A DNA stretch of 49,768 bases from assembly GCF_006345805.1 (NCBI RefSeq), contig NW_021834280.1, positions 1-49,768 on the forward strand, given 5' to 3'. The notes under the pieces are model-generated. The model searched no databases, was not told the DNA's origin, and was given only the letters and a program-made list of their open reading frames with translations. The translations under genes were made by a program, and so were the position numbers. Shown here piece after piece: positions 26,123 to 38,334 of the stretch. This DNA is from Octopus sinensis (Eukaryota). Each line of letters begins with the position of its first letter. Position 1 is the stretch's first letter.

Positions 26123-26573
26123 TCACCATTACCAGCCACGACCACCACTACAACCACCACCACCACCACCACCACCACCACCACCTCCACTACACCACCA
26201 CCACCACCACCACCACCACAACCACCACCACCACCACCATCATCGTGATCATTATCATCGTAAGCTTCGTGGTCGTCATCATCTTATCAAAATCAGCAAC
26301 CACCACGACGACCACGATCACCTCCTCCTCTTCCTTCTCATCCACGACCACCACTGCTATTGTCATCATCGCCGTCGTCGTCGTAGCTGTAGTCATCGTC
26401 ATACTTTTAATCCTTATTGTTTGTTGTTGCTGTTCCTGTTCTCGTCCGTCTGCAGACATGTTCTTACATAGATTCCAACCATTTCTGAACTCTTCTCCGT
26501 CAATTCATCTGCACCAAATAACACACAGTAGATATAAAATAACAAAGGATAAAAGCATGAAATTCTTTGAGCT

Positions 26574-26605
<32 letters not shown>

Positions 26606-26972
26606 CATATCATCATCCGCCATCCTCCACCATCATCATCATCATCATCATCATCATATCATCATCATCATCATCATATTATCATCATCATCATCATCAT
26701 ATCATCATCATCATCATCATCATCATCACCATCATCCTCATCATCATCATCAATCATCATCATCATCATCATCATCATCATGTCATCATTCTTATGTTAT
26801 TATTTTTATTTTTATTGGTGGTGGTAGTGGTAGTAGTAACAGTAGTAGTAGTAGTGGTGATGGAGGTGGTAGTGGTGGTAGTCTTAGTAGTAGTAGTAGT
26901 AATGGTGGTGATGGTAGTGGTGGTGGTGGTGGTGGCAGTCGTCGTCGTCGTCTTCGTAGTAGTAGTAGTAGT

Positions 26973-27048
<76 letters not shown>

Positions 27049-27060
27049 GGTGGTGTCATC
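26123..27060. repeat. Compound (CAC)n/(CAT)n/(GTG)n/(TAG)n tracts
   Basis: Direct inspection; explains the 307-aa ORF. Confidence 0.9.
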
Positions 27061-27373
27061 ACAACCGTTATCCCTATCGTTATTATCATCATTCCTTATA
27101 CCGTTATCAACCCTTTAATCCTGCGCTGGTCAATTATTTGTCTATGGCTCCAAGGATATTTTCTTTGATTCTTTGTTTTTTTTTTTGGTGTCCTTTTTTT
27201 GTCTATTTGCTTTCAGTAAAGAAGTAACAAAAAAAAAGAACAATAATATGAAAAATAAATAAATAAGTGAAAATTCTCGATAACCTTTTATGACAATCCT
27301 CGATATAACCTTTGAAGACAATAACCCATTCTGCACAAACAGTATATACGTACACAATACATATATATGTATA

Positions 27374-27498
<125 letters not shown>

Positions 27499-29481
27499 GT
27501 ATAGATAAATATATATATATATTTGTATATATATATATATATATAGGCACGCACGCACACACACACATATAGATATATGTATATGTATATGTATGTATTT
27601 GTGTGTGTGTATGTGTGACTGTTCGCTATACAAAAGGAGAGAACTTTGCAAGAAAATTCTTTAGTTCTCTGAATCGTTAATCCTACTCAACGAACACATT
27701 CGCTCTACAGACTTGCCCACCATACACACACACACACACACACACATATTTATATATACACGCGAACGCACACACAAAGAAACAGATGCGCACGCACGTA
27801 TACATGCACACACAAGCACACACGCATAAACACAAACACACATACTCGCGAGCGCACAATCTGTACTTAATGAATAACGAATGCTCTGTTAGTAGAGAGT
27901 TTTGAAATCTCTAGCTACTAAGACATTGTGCAATTCCGTTATTCCCTTAATTCGTCCATTGCCGTTACAGTGGTCTACTCTCGAAAATACCACCTCTGGC
28001 CCTGAAGCATAAAACGAACGGAAGAATTAATACATCTCTCTCTGTTTTCTTGTTAGTCACCTAGTGCTGAATCTCAGCTCACTAATTGATGAAGAACTAT
28101 TGACCGAAGCGTTTTAGGCTTCTTTTTCTTCTATTAACCCCATTCAATATATTCCACTACCTGTATTATTTAGTTGTTTCAACCCAGTCATTTGCTTACA
28201 AAGATCACGTGTCTCATACTTTAGTTGTACCGAATACTTTGCCTGAAATGTTATTTCATCAGAATTGCATTCCTTCTTAACCGATTTTCTCCCTAACGTA
28301 TCTCCTATAACCGATCTTCAGTAATTCAAGTTGAATATTAATTTATCTTCAAGAGATCATCGTGTACTGAAACTGAGGCAATTACATTCTGGAAGTCGAA
28401 GTCATTTCAGCCATTTTGCAACACACAAACGCGGTTATCTTCATTCATTTTTCCCGTTTATTTCTTAATCTGTCTGCAATTTTGTTACTCTTCTGCGATA
28501 TGATCACTAAAATAATTCCACTGTATCTCGTTAATCTATCTCGGTTTCCTCTTAACGAGGTTTTTAAAACGTTATTTTTATTGTCCTGTTTAATATCAAT
28601 TTAAGTAACGGTGGCCATGTTTTATCACGGAGCCACTTAAACGAATGCAGTCAACTAATTCAGAAACACTTCTGCACAAATATAGACCCAATGTCGTCTC
28701 CTAAATGAACTCTTCCTGCTCTCTGACTTTTCTACTGATACTATTAAGTTATGGAGTCCTTTGACCACACAAACTATATACCACATCTATCTATGTTCAT
28801 ATTGGACACACTCGTATATTTCCCTTTGTCATCCCATCTTCAATTTCTCATTCACAGATCATATACTAACCTGGTTTCTTTTCCCCAATTTACATTCTCA
28901 TTTCTGTACACCTCTGAAAACATTTCCTCTAACCCATATTTCCCCTGTAAACGTCAACTCATTTCATTCTGACTGAATATAAAATTTGGGGAAGACTAAA
29001 CAAGTCCTGACCATTTACGCTCCTTCGCAGATTAACTTTCACTGAAGTCCTTCTGCTAAATATCGGTTTCTAACGAAAGCGAAAATTTGCTTACAAAAAT
29101 TACGGATCTCATATTTTAGTTGTATTTAATCTAATTGATTTTGGTGTATTTGAAATCAGCATGTAAACAGCCGGAACAAATACCGGAAGTTATTTTGTCC
29201 AATGTTTTAAAGATTCAGCCAACCCGGGACCTCCCCCACGCTAATAGTTTATAACATTGGCACTGGACCAACAAGTTGCTAGGAGGCGGTTAGTCGATTA
29301 ATTCTCAGTCGCGTGTTTTCTTTATATAAATCGCCCGATCTTGTTAGAGACAAGAGATTGAGAGGAAATGCGGTTAATCGAGCATAAAAGTCATAATGTA
29401 ACTATTGCATGAATACGGATAAAATTTACTGATACAATGCAACGGTCGTCGGTGTACGTGGTAAACATGGTTTTTACCTGT

Positions 29482-29634
29482 TGTTGATTTTTACCTGTTG
29501 TCGTGTCACATGACAAAATCTGTTGATTTTTACCTGTTGTCGTGTCACATGACAAAATCTGTTGATTTTTACCTGTTGTCGTGTCACACGACAAAACCTG
29601 TTGATTTTTACCTGTGGTCGTGTCACATGACAAA
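29482..29634. repeat. 39-bp minisatellite, about 4 units
   Basis: Unit TGTTGATTTTTACCTGTTGTCGTGTCACATGACAAAATC starting at 29482, 29521, 29560 and 29599. Confidence 0.95.
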
Positions 29635-30059
29635 GTAATCACGTTGAATACAGTCACGTTTATTGCATGCGTTTTCACATTTATTCACAAAATATCGATT
29701 CCTAGGCATTTAATTCCTAATTGAATCATAAATAAATGATAAATAGATCGTTGCTAAATGATATCTCCAAATTCTAACTGACTAATTGAAGTATTAACCG
29801 CCATTAGCCTTGAAAATCAAAGGAAGAAAAAAATATGGAGGGTTTTACTTGATGAAGCGCAGAAATACATGGGGAAAACTGAAAGTGTTTTAGCAGAAAA
29901 TTCTTTCTAAAATGAGACTAATGTTGGTTTCTGGCAGAGAAAAATGCTTAGTTCTAGTTAGCGAGCTCCAAATAACTGTAGTATTTTAATTACAGTTCCA
30001 CGCGGTTCAAGATTTGGTGACAACTGCAGACATCTGCGAAATGGTTGAGGAATACGATA

Positions 30060-30432
30060 CTTCATCGACTTTGGACGGATGAAAGGATAAATTGACCTTT
30101 CAGCGGAAAGTGAATACACAATTTTAAGAGTAGAAATACAGAATGTGATACGATATTTTGTCTGATACTAACGATTATATCAATTCATGAACTGTCCTCA
30201 GATGCTCAATTTGTTTTCAATTTTCGCACAGGGCCAGCAATTTTAAGGTTGGGGTAAATCAGTTCCTCAACCCCTCCTTCCGCTCAGTAGGTACTTATTT
30301 GATCGACTCCCAAAAGAATGAAGAGCAAATTCGACCACGGTGGGGTGGGATTTGAATTCAGAACATAAAGAACCGGACGAATATACTTAAACATTTTGTC
30401 CGTGACGCAATCGATTCTGCTTGTTCGCTGCC
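30060..30432 (-). mobile_element. Decayed SINE C copies
   Basis: atcgac..ggatgaaagg..aaattgacc and gatcgactccc..gaatgaagagcaaattcgacc blocks. Confidence 0.7.
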
Positions 30433-30479
30433 TGATGCTAAATAACAACACTGACTCTAAATAATACCATGAGTAATCG

Positions 30480-30700
30480 CTTTCATCACCAAATTTTCCG
30501 ACCGACTATTTCTGACTTGAGGCCGACTGTCAAAGTTTTCGACACGTTAGATAATATCAAACATTCATACAACACTTGGTGTGACAATCTGCTTTCAAAG
30601 TTTCCGATTATATCTGGTGTGAGAAACGGCTGTCAAAGATTCCTCCTGCCTATAAAGTATTTACAACTTTAGCAATATAGATGACAAACTTTCGAATGTA
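30480..30700 (+). pseudogene. Reverse transcriptase relic (RTE-like non-LTR)
   Basis: ORF 30469-30672 contains DL...KVFDTL (cf. DLxKAFDTV) and SKFPIISGVRNGC (cf. FPI.SGVKQGC), consecutive RT motifs brought together by a deletion. Confidence 0.65.
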
Positions 30701-31114
30701 ATATTAGCTTACTGTGCATTCCGATGCATCAGTATTATGTAAAATTCTTGGCTACAGTTGATGCGTCATTTTAATACATTTCTGGGTCTGATTTCAGTAA
30801 AAGCCAACACGAAAGTACATCATAGCTCCTTTTCGATAAGTAGTTTAGCACTTGTCAACAAGCCTTGTATGATGGTGCTAGATATATCTTTTGGCGCTGT
30901 TTCGGCATAGCTTCCACTTAGAATACCAACACAAAATCCAGGCCATGCTGAATTTATCCAGATCAATGTAAGAAATCCTACATAAAATCTTACCTGTTTA
31001 AAATTTTACTTGATGATGGGGTATCACGTGTTATGATGTAATCTTCTATGAATGCATTAATAAAATTCTTCCAAAATTATACTAAATTTTAAGCGCCATT
31101 TGTATTTAATTTTT

Positions 31115-31188
<74 letters not shown>

Positions 31189-31206
31189 CGTATATATATA
31201 TATACA

Positions 31207-31260
31207 CTCTCTTTTTACTCTCTTATATATATATGTATGTATAAGAGAGTAAAAAGAGAG
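31207..31260. repeat. Perfect 21-bp inverted repeat inside (TA)n
   Basis: CTCTCTTTTTACTCTCTTATA (31207-31227) / TATAAGAGAGTAAAAAGAGAG (31240-31260). Confidence 0.9.
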
Positions 31261-31611
31261 AGTATATATATATATATATATATATATATAACTGTCAGAA
31301 TTGTGGGAGCGTCGGATCTGTGGTGCTTCACAGAATTGTTGTTATGCTCTTTTTAATGATGATTATGCTCCGTATCAAATCACATCACGTGGTCTAGAAT
31401 GAGGAGTGTATTGTTGTGGTTTTGGGCTTTTCCTGCCCTGTAATTTACCAAATGGGCGAAAGAAATCGATAGAATAAGTACCATACTTAAGAAAACAAAA
31501 AGCAAAAAGCGTAAGTACTGGGGCGATTTGTTTCGACTAAAACTCCAGCATGGGCACCGTTGAATAACTGATTCACCTAAAAGATAAAGATAGCTAGCAT
31601 CTTCGAGATTC

Positions 31612-32730
31612 CCCCTTCATCTTTTTCTCATTCCTCGTTCTGATCCTCGTCTTCCCTCATTCCTCCTCCTGCTCCTCATCTTCCTTCGTTCCTCGTTCTG
31701 CTCCTCATCTTCCTTTGTTCTTCGTTCTGGCCTTCATCTTCCCTCATTCCTCCTCCTGCTCCTCATCTTCCTTCGTCCCTCCTCCTGTTCCCCATCTTCC
31801 CTCATTCCTCCTCCTGCTCCTCATCTTCCTTCGTCCCTCCTCCTGTTCCCCATCTCCCCTCATTCCTCGTTCAGCTCTTCTTCTTCCCTCATTCTTCCCT
31901 CATTCCTCGTTCTGCTCCTCATCTTTCCTCAATCTTCATTCTGCTCCCCGTCTTCCCTCATTCCTCGTCCTGCTACTCATCTTCCCTCGTTCCGCGATCT
32001 GCTCCTCATTTCTCCTCATTCTTCATTCTGATCTTCCTCTTCCCCCATTCCTCCTTCTGCTCCTCATTTCCCATCTCATCATTCTGCTCCTCATCTTCTC
32101 TCATTCATCATCTTCCTTCGTCCCTCGTTCTATTCCTCTTCTTCCCTCATTCTTTATTCTGATCTTCAATCTTTCTTCATTCTTTATTCTGCTCCTCATC
32201 TTCTTTCATTCCGCGTTCTATTCCTCTTCTTTTCTCATTCTTCGTTCTGCTTATCATCTCCCCTCATTCCTGATTCTTCTCATTTCCCATCATTCTTCAT
32301 TCCATTCCCCTTCTCTCATTCTTCGTTCTGCTCTTCCTCTTTCCTTCGTTCCTCGTTCTTCTCCTCATCTTCCCATCATTCCTTCTTCTGATCTTCATCT
32401 CTCCTCATTCCTCGTTCAGCTCCTCTTCTTCCCTCATTCTTCATTCTGCTACTCATCTCCCCTCATTCCTCGGTCTGCTCCTCCTTTCCTATCATTCTTC
32501 GCCCTGCTCCTCATCTTCCTTCGTTCCTCGTTCTTCTCCTCATCTTCCAATCATTCTTCGCCCTACTCTTCATCTTTTTCTCATTCCTTCTTCTGCTCTT
32601 CCTCTTTCCTTTGTTCCTCGTTCTGCTCCTCATCTTCCTTCGTTCCTCATTCTATTCCTCATCTTCCGATCATTCTTCGCCCTGCTCTTCACCTTTTTCT
32701 CATCCCTCCTTCTCCTCTTTCCCTTCCCAT
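31612..32730. repeat. Pyrimidine-rich degenerate minisatellite, about 29-bp unit
   Basis: Recurring TCCTCGTTCTGCTCCTCATCTTCCCTCAT-like unit over about 1.1 kb. Confidence 0.85.
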
Positions 32731-33336
32731 TATAACCAATCCACATCAATCCACATCCAACCGCGGATGCGTGTTTCTATGCATTGTGACTTGCTTCTTC
32801 ATCTTCCCCTCTTCATATCCTTCAGCTCATCCGTCGTCCACCATTCATTAATTCCTGCTTCATACCTTATTAGCGATCCTACCCTCAGGTCCATTGCATA
32901 CATACTTCCTGCATTCAATTTGGATTATGAAATTCGCATTTTGCGAAAATATTCTTTTGTAAAGTCTTCGTTCAGTTGTAAAATTTAGAATTTTTCGCTT
33001 TCTACTATTCTCATGAATTATTCATGATTCTTCCCCCATTCAATTAGTTCATATTTCTCATCATTAACTAGATATATTCCAATACTTTCTTCGGTGGATT
33101 ATCATCGATTAATTTCTATCATAAACATATTTCTCGAATCCGAATGTCACCCTTATGTCGTTACCGAATATTTCTTACCTTTTTTCTTTTTTGCATTAAG
33201 GATATCAGTTGGTTGTTATTATTATTATTATTAATTCCGCCGAGGTCGACTTTGCCTTTGATCCTTTCGGGGTCGATATAATCGACTTAAACCCTTCCCT
33301 CAAATTTGAGGCCTTGTGCTTCCAGTAGAAAGGGCT

Positions 33337-33368
<32 letters not shown>

Positions 33369-33433
33369 CATCATCATCATTATTATTATTATTATTATTA
33401 TTGTTGTTGTTGTTGTTATTATCATTATTATTA

Positions 33434-33497
<64 letters not shown>

Positions 33498-33508
33498 CAC
33501 CATCATTG

Positions 33509-33545
<37 letters not shown>

Positions 33546-33565
33546 CATTATTATCATCATCATCA

Positions 33566-33605
<40 letters not shown>

Positions 33606-33625
33606 CATTATTATCATCATCATCA

Positions 33626-33672
<47 letters not shown>

Positions 33673-33697
33673 GTTATCATTATTATTATCATCATCA

Positions 33698-33749
<52 letters not shown>

Positions 33750-33757
33750 CATTATTG
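33337..33757. repeat. (CAT)n/(TAT)n tract with about 60-70-bp higher-order periodicity
   Basis: Block gtt(att)n-atc-att-att-(atc)n-att repeated 3-4 times. Confidence 0.9.
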
Positions 33758-33789
33758 TGGACAAATCATTCAGTTGATCGAACAACTTG

Positions 33790-34135
33790 ATCCACGTCGT
33801 CGATCACTTTGCATCCGCGTGGTTCCGGGATCAACTTCAGTTCGCCGCAACTTGGACAAGTGTCTTTAGCTATAGCCTCAGATAGACATGTGCCTTGAGA
33901 GTAACTATGGTAGATGGAAACTGTAAGGAAGCCCATTGTATATATGTTTATACGATTGTGTGTCTCTCCCTGATAGGAGGTGGCGATTTGCTTATGATCT
34001 CGTAACTTAGGGATTCGGCAAAAGAGATGAATAAAATAAGGACTCGATATAAGAATAAGTACCGTCGTCGATGTTTTCGACTAAAACCTTCAAGGAGGTG
34101 CCCCAGCATGGCCACAGCTCAATGGTCAAACCATG
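33790..34135 (+). mobile_element. Decayed SINE A
   Basis: gtggttccggga..cttggacaagtgtctt..ggtagatggaaactg..ccccagcatggccacag. Confidence 0.75.
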
Positions 34136-34256
34136 TAATATATACATATAATGTAGATATGCATATATATAAGCATGTATACATGTGTATATATATGTAT
34201 ATACGTATATGTATATCTATATATAAATGTACATATATTTATATGTATACATGCAC

Positions 34257-34322
<66 letters not shown>

Positions 34323-34355
34323 CATGTATACATATAAATATATGTGCATGTATAC

Positions 34356-34386
<31 letters not shown>

Positions 34387-34961
34387 CATATGTATATATA
34401 TGTACCTATGTATGTATGTATATATATATATATATATTGTGTGTGTGTGTATGTATATATACATACATACATACATGCATGCATACATACATACATACAT
34501 CATACATACATACATACATACATACATACATACATACATACATACATACATACATACTACATACATACATACATGCATATGTAGTGCAATGCTATTGTGT
34601 TTCTGCTAACCCAGCTCCCCCCTCCGAACCAATAATAGTTAAACGTCATTGGCCGGGCAAGTTTCCAACGGTGTTATCCATTAAACCACATTGGTTCACT
34701 ATTAATAACTCTGCTAAAACTACACGGAGATCATCACTAATGATTTCCACTTCAGACAAAAATAAATATATCTGAAAACACTTCCATCATTATATGAACT
34801 AATTTCGTTGTAGCTGCAGTAGTATTTGTAGTAGTTATATTATTAATGGTGGTTGTTTAGCCCCATCTTGGCCCTGATCAAGCAGTTTCTTTCAAAGGCG
34901 TTGCAGGGCATTGCATGTTTGTATAGCTACGACTGTATTGTTTAATGTCTCTCATCTTGAA

Positions 34962-35610
34962 GGCGGAGAGCTGGTAGAATCGTTAGCACGCCGGGCGAAA
35001 TGCTTAGCGGTATTTCGTCCGTCGCTACGTTCTGAGTTCAAATTCCGCCGAGGTCGACTTTGTCTTTCATCCTTTTGGGGTCGATAAATTAAGTACGAGT
35101 TACGCACTGGGGTCGATATAATCGACTTAATCCGTTTGTCAGTCCTTGTTTGTCCCCTCTGTGTTTAGCCCCTTGTGGGTAGTAAAGAAATAGGTATTTC
35201 GTCTGTTTAAGGCGGCGAGCTGGCAGAAACGTTAGCATGCCGGGCGAAATGCTGAGCGGTATTTCGTCTGCCGCTACGTTCTGAGTTCAAATTCCGCCGA
35301 GGTCGACTTTGCCTTTCATCCTTTCGGGGTCGATTAAATAAGTACCAGTTACGCACTGGGGTCGATATGATCGAAATAATCCCTTTGTCTGTCCTTGTTT
35401 GTCCCCTCTGTGTTTAGCCCCTTGTGGGTAGTAAAGAAATAGGTCATTCGTCTGTCTTTACGTTCTGAGTTCAAATTCCGCCGAGGTCGACTTTGCCTTT
35501 CATCCTTTCGAGGTCGATAATTTAAGTACCAGTTGCGTACTGGGGTCGATCTAATCGACTGGAATCCTCCCCCCCCTAAAATTTCGGGCCGTGTGCCTAG
35601 AGTACAAAAG
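34962..35610 (+). mobile_element. Head-to-tail array of SINE C: two full copies (34962, 35211) and one 5'-truncated copy (about 35441)
   Basis: Three near-identical cgttctgagttcaaattccgccgaggtcgacttt blocks. Confidence 0.95.
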
Positions 35611-35849
35611 AATATCATGATGGAGTACGGCCATACAAAATTTTGCATTATCGTAATATTCGTACTTTATCAGAGGACGAAGACCTTTTCGACTTCTTTG
35701 GTGTTATTGGCGATATTTGCAGACATAAAGACGTGAAAGAGAGGAAACTGCTGAAGATAATGGCCGATGGATATTCTTGCTGACGCAGCTTCACGAAGCA
35801 GATGCGGTAGCTTGAAGGAGGAAAAAAAGAGCGGCAGAAAAATGATTAT

Positions 35850-35957
35850 GATGAGGAGGAGGAAGAGGAGGAGGAGGAGGAGGAGGAGAATAATAATAGT
35901 GATAATAATAATAATAATAATAACAATAATGATAACAATAATAATAATAGTAATAAA

Positions 35958-35998
<41 letters not shown>

Positions 35999-36325
35999 TA
36001 ATAATAATAATAATAATAATATTAATATAATAATAATAATAATAATAATAATAGTGATAATAATAATAATAATAAAATAATAATAATATATAATAATAAA
36101 ATGATAATAATAATAATAATATTATAAAAATAATAATAATCTTGGAGCCAACTTGTACAGACATAAAGCAAAAGTCAAACATAGAATAAGAGAAGAAGAA
36201 GAAGAAGAGAATAAGAAGAAGAAGAGAAGAAGAAGAAGAAGAAGAAGAAGAAGAAGAAGAAGAAGAAGAAGAAGAAGAAGAAGAAGAGAAGAAGAAGAAG
36301 AAGAAGAAGAAGAAGAAGAAGAAAT
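35850..36325. repeat. (GAG)n-(AAT)n-(GAA)n compound tract
   Basis: Direct inspection. Confidence 0.9.
36141..36187 (+). mobile_element. Extreme 3' tip of the R4/Dong element
   Basis: cttggagccaacttgtaca..aaagcaa.agtcaa.cat matches 24180-24221; directly follows (AAT)n. Confidence 0.75.
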
Positions 36326-36624
36326 GATGGAACGTTACTCGTTCTTAATGAGAGCTGGTTATATGTCTTGCCAATTAAATGCGATATGTGAAAGGATAAC
36401 ATATTAACTGATTTAGTATTTTGTAGCAGCGAGTGGTAGTAATAACAATGTAGTACGAAGAATCATCAGCGGGATATTCTTTAATGCGTGATGAATTTTC
36501 TTGATTAACCAAATAATCTACCAAAGATGTATTTCGACATTTTCAGGTGAACGACCCATCCTTGAGTATGTGCTTGTGTGTACATCGGTATATATACACA
36601 CAAGCACATATATCTATCTATTTG

Positions 36625-36672
<48 letters not shown>

Positions 36673-36687
36673 ATCTATCGATCTATC

Positions 36688-36730
<43 letters not shown>

Positions 36731-37026
36731 ATGTGAAATAGAAAGATGAATAATCTTGTATTAGATAATCAAAGTTAACCGATACCTTAGTAGAAAAATC
36801 ACAGCATGGGCTCTTAGGAGCACAGTTCGATTTGTTTTTGCTCCGCTCTGTTCTGTTTTTGTTTTCCAACGGATTTCCTTTTTTCTTCCTGAAGAGAAAG
36901 ACACAATATGGTCCCATTATTCAATCGGATTTTGGTATTTGTGCCTTTCGAAACACGTTTAGAATGAAATAAACGATTTCTGTTCAATCTGCGTTCAGCT
37001 CCTTTTCTTCAATTCACCAATATGTT
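36731..37026 (+). mobile_element. TA-embedded element, hammerhead family 2 (long stem II)
   Basis: Contains the hammerhead motif at 36886-36964; both ends are homologous to 48896-49050. Confidence 0.7.
36886..36964 (+). ncRNA. Type I hammerhead ribozyme motif with extended stem II (stem III probably mutated)
   Basis: TTC-CTGAAGA-GAAAGACACAA..TTGTGCCTTTC-GAAA-CACGTT-TA-GAA. Confidence 0.6.
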
Positions 37027-37044
37027 TATATATTATATATATAT

Positions 37045-37156
37045 AAAGTTAATCCAAAGAAGAAAACACAGAAAAAAAGAGAAAAAAAACACAGCACGCA
37101 GGACGTGGAACAATTAAAGTATTATGACGCTCAGGAAAGAAGGGAAGGAGGGTTTA
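37045..37156 (-). mobile_element. 3' part of the subfamily seen at 24855-25030
   Basis: Reverse complement aaacc..ttcctgagcgtc..taatac..ccacgtc..ttttt..ggatt.ac; in (TA)n. Confidence 0.6.
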
Positions 37157-37170
37157 TATATATATTATAT

Positions 37171-37224
<54 letters not shown>

Positions 37225-37509
37225 TTATGTATGGATATATTAATACACACAAACACAACAAACAATGTATGCATTTTGTTTGTGTGTGTTTGTATATAGA
37301 TACGCATACTTGTTCATACAACGATACATGCATATACACATACATACAGCGGGAATAATTGTATGTCGCTATATATCTATATATATATATATATATATAA
37401 TATAAGATTACCATATTAGTATGGCGATAACTATTAATTTCCAGTAACGCTGCCGTAATCTCCTTTAGAGAAATTTAGTAATTTTAATATTTCTAATATA
37501 TATATATGT

Positions 37510-37662
37510 TTCTATCCTTGTTTTTTTTGTGTTCCTTTCTGTAGAAGAGCGTAGGTTGGAAACGTAAAATACTTTTTCTATTCCTGAGCGTTATACTAAT
37601 ACATCTGTTTGTTTTCTACACCTCCTGTCTTCCTCTTTTGTTTTTTCGTGAACTCTCCCCCT
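37510..37662 (+). mobile_element. TA-embedded hammerhead family 1 element, decayed stem II
   Basis: CTTT-CTGTAGA-A-GAGC-GTAG-GTTG-GAAA-CG-TA-AAA at about 37535-37569; highly similar to the minus strand of 24661-24800. Confidence 0.7.
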
Positions 37663-37697
37663 ATATATATATATATATATATAATATATATATATAT

Positions 37698-37748
<51 letters not shown>

Positions 37749-38334
37749 TAATTATATATATATATATACATATGTCAAATTAACATACACACACATACAC
37801 ATATATTATATGTATAAGCACACATATATACAAATATACGTAATTATCGCTTCTCGAGATATATATATAATATATATATTCATATTTATATTCATATTTA
37901 TATTCATATTTATGTATGTATACACACAAACATACACACACATACACACACACACACATATATATATATACATATACAAATACATAGTATGTATATATGT
38001 ATGTATGTATGTATATGTATGTATGTATGTATATGTATGTATGTAACGCGTTAAAGAGTACTTGTTTCCCTTGTAACATTTTTTTACCCAACATGAAGAA
38101 CCGGAAGACTTCTACAATAACAACTCGAATATATGCTGGCCATACCAGTCTGCGAGAATGTGAGATTAGAAGGAAATCGTTAGCGCTACGCGTATATTTA
38201 ACAAGGTATTATTTCAAGATATATTTCCTTTGATCTTCCAACAGCACAATTTTTCAATTATCGATGTTTTTGATGTTGCAATTAAAATCATTTGTGTCAT
38301 GGCGGTGCTTCAACAGATTATCTTTGATCTTTTA

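Noticed and set aside
28275-28322. Minus-strand CTGAAGA..GAAA as a hammerhead
   Set aside because: Stem II has only about 2 bp and stems I and III cannot be formed.
29482-29634. CRISPR-like array
   Set aside because: Units are contiguous with no unique spacers, there are no cas genes, and the context is eukaryotic.
31715-32851. 378-aa ORF as a membrane or low-complexity protein
   Set aside because: It lies on a CT-rich minisatellite of about 29-bp period; the open frame is a compositional artefact.
35670-35815. Coding-looking unique segment
   Set aside because: All three frames close within about 40 codons and no protein motif is recognisable.
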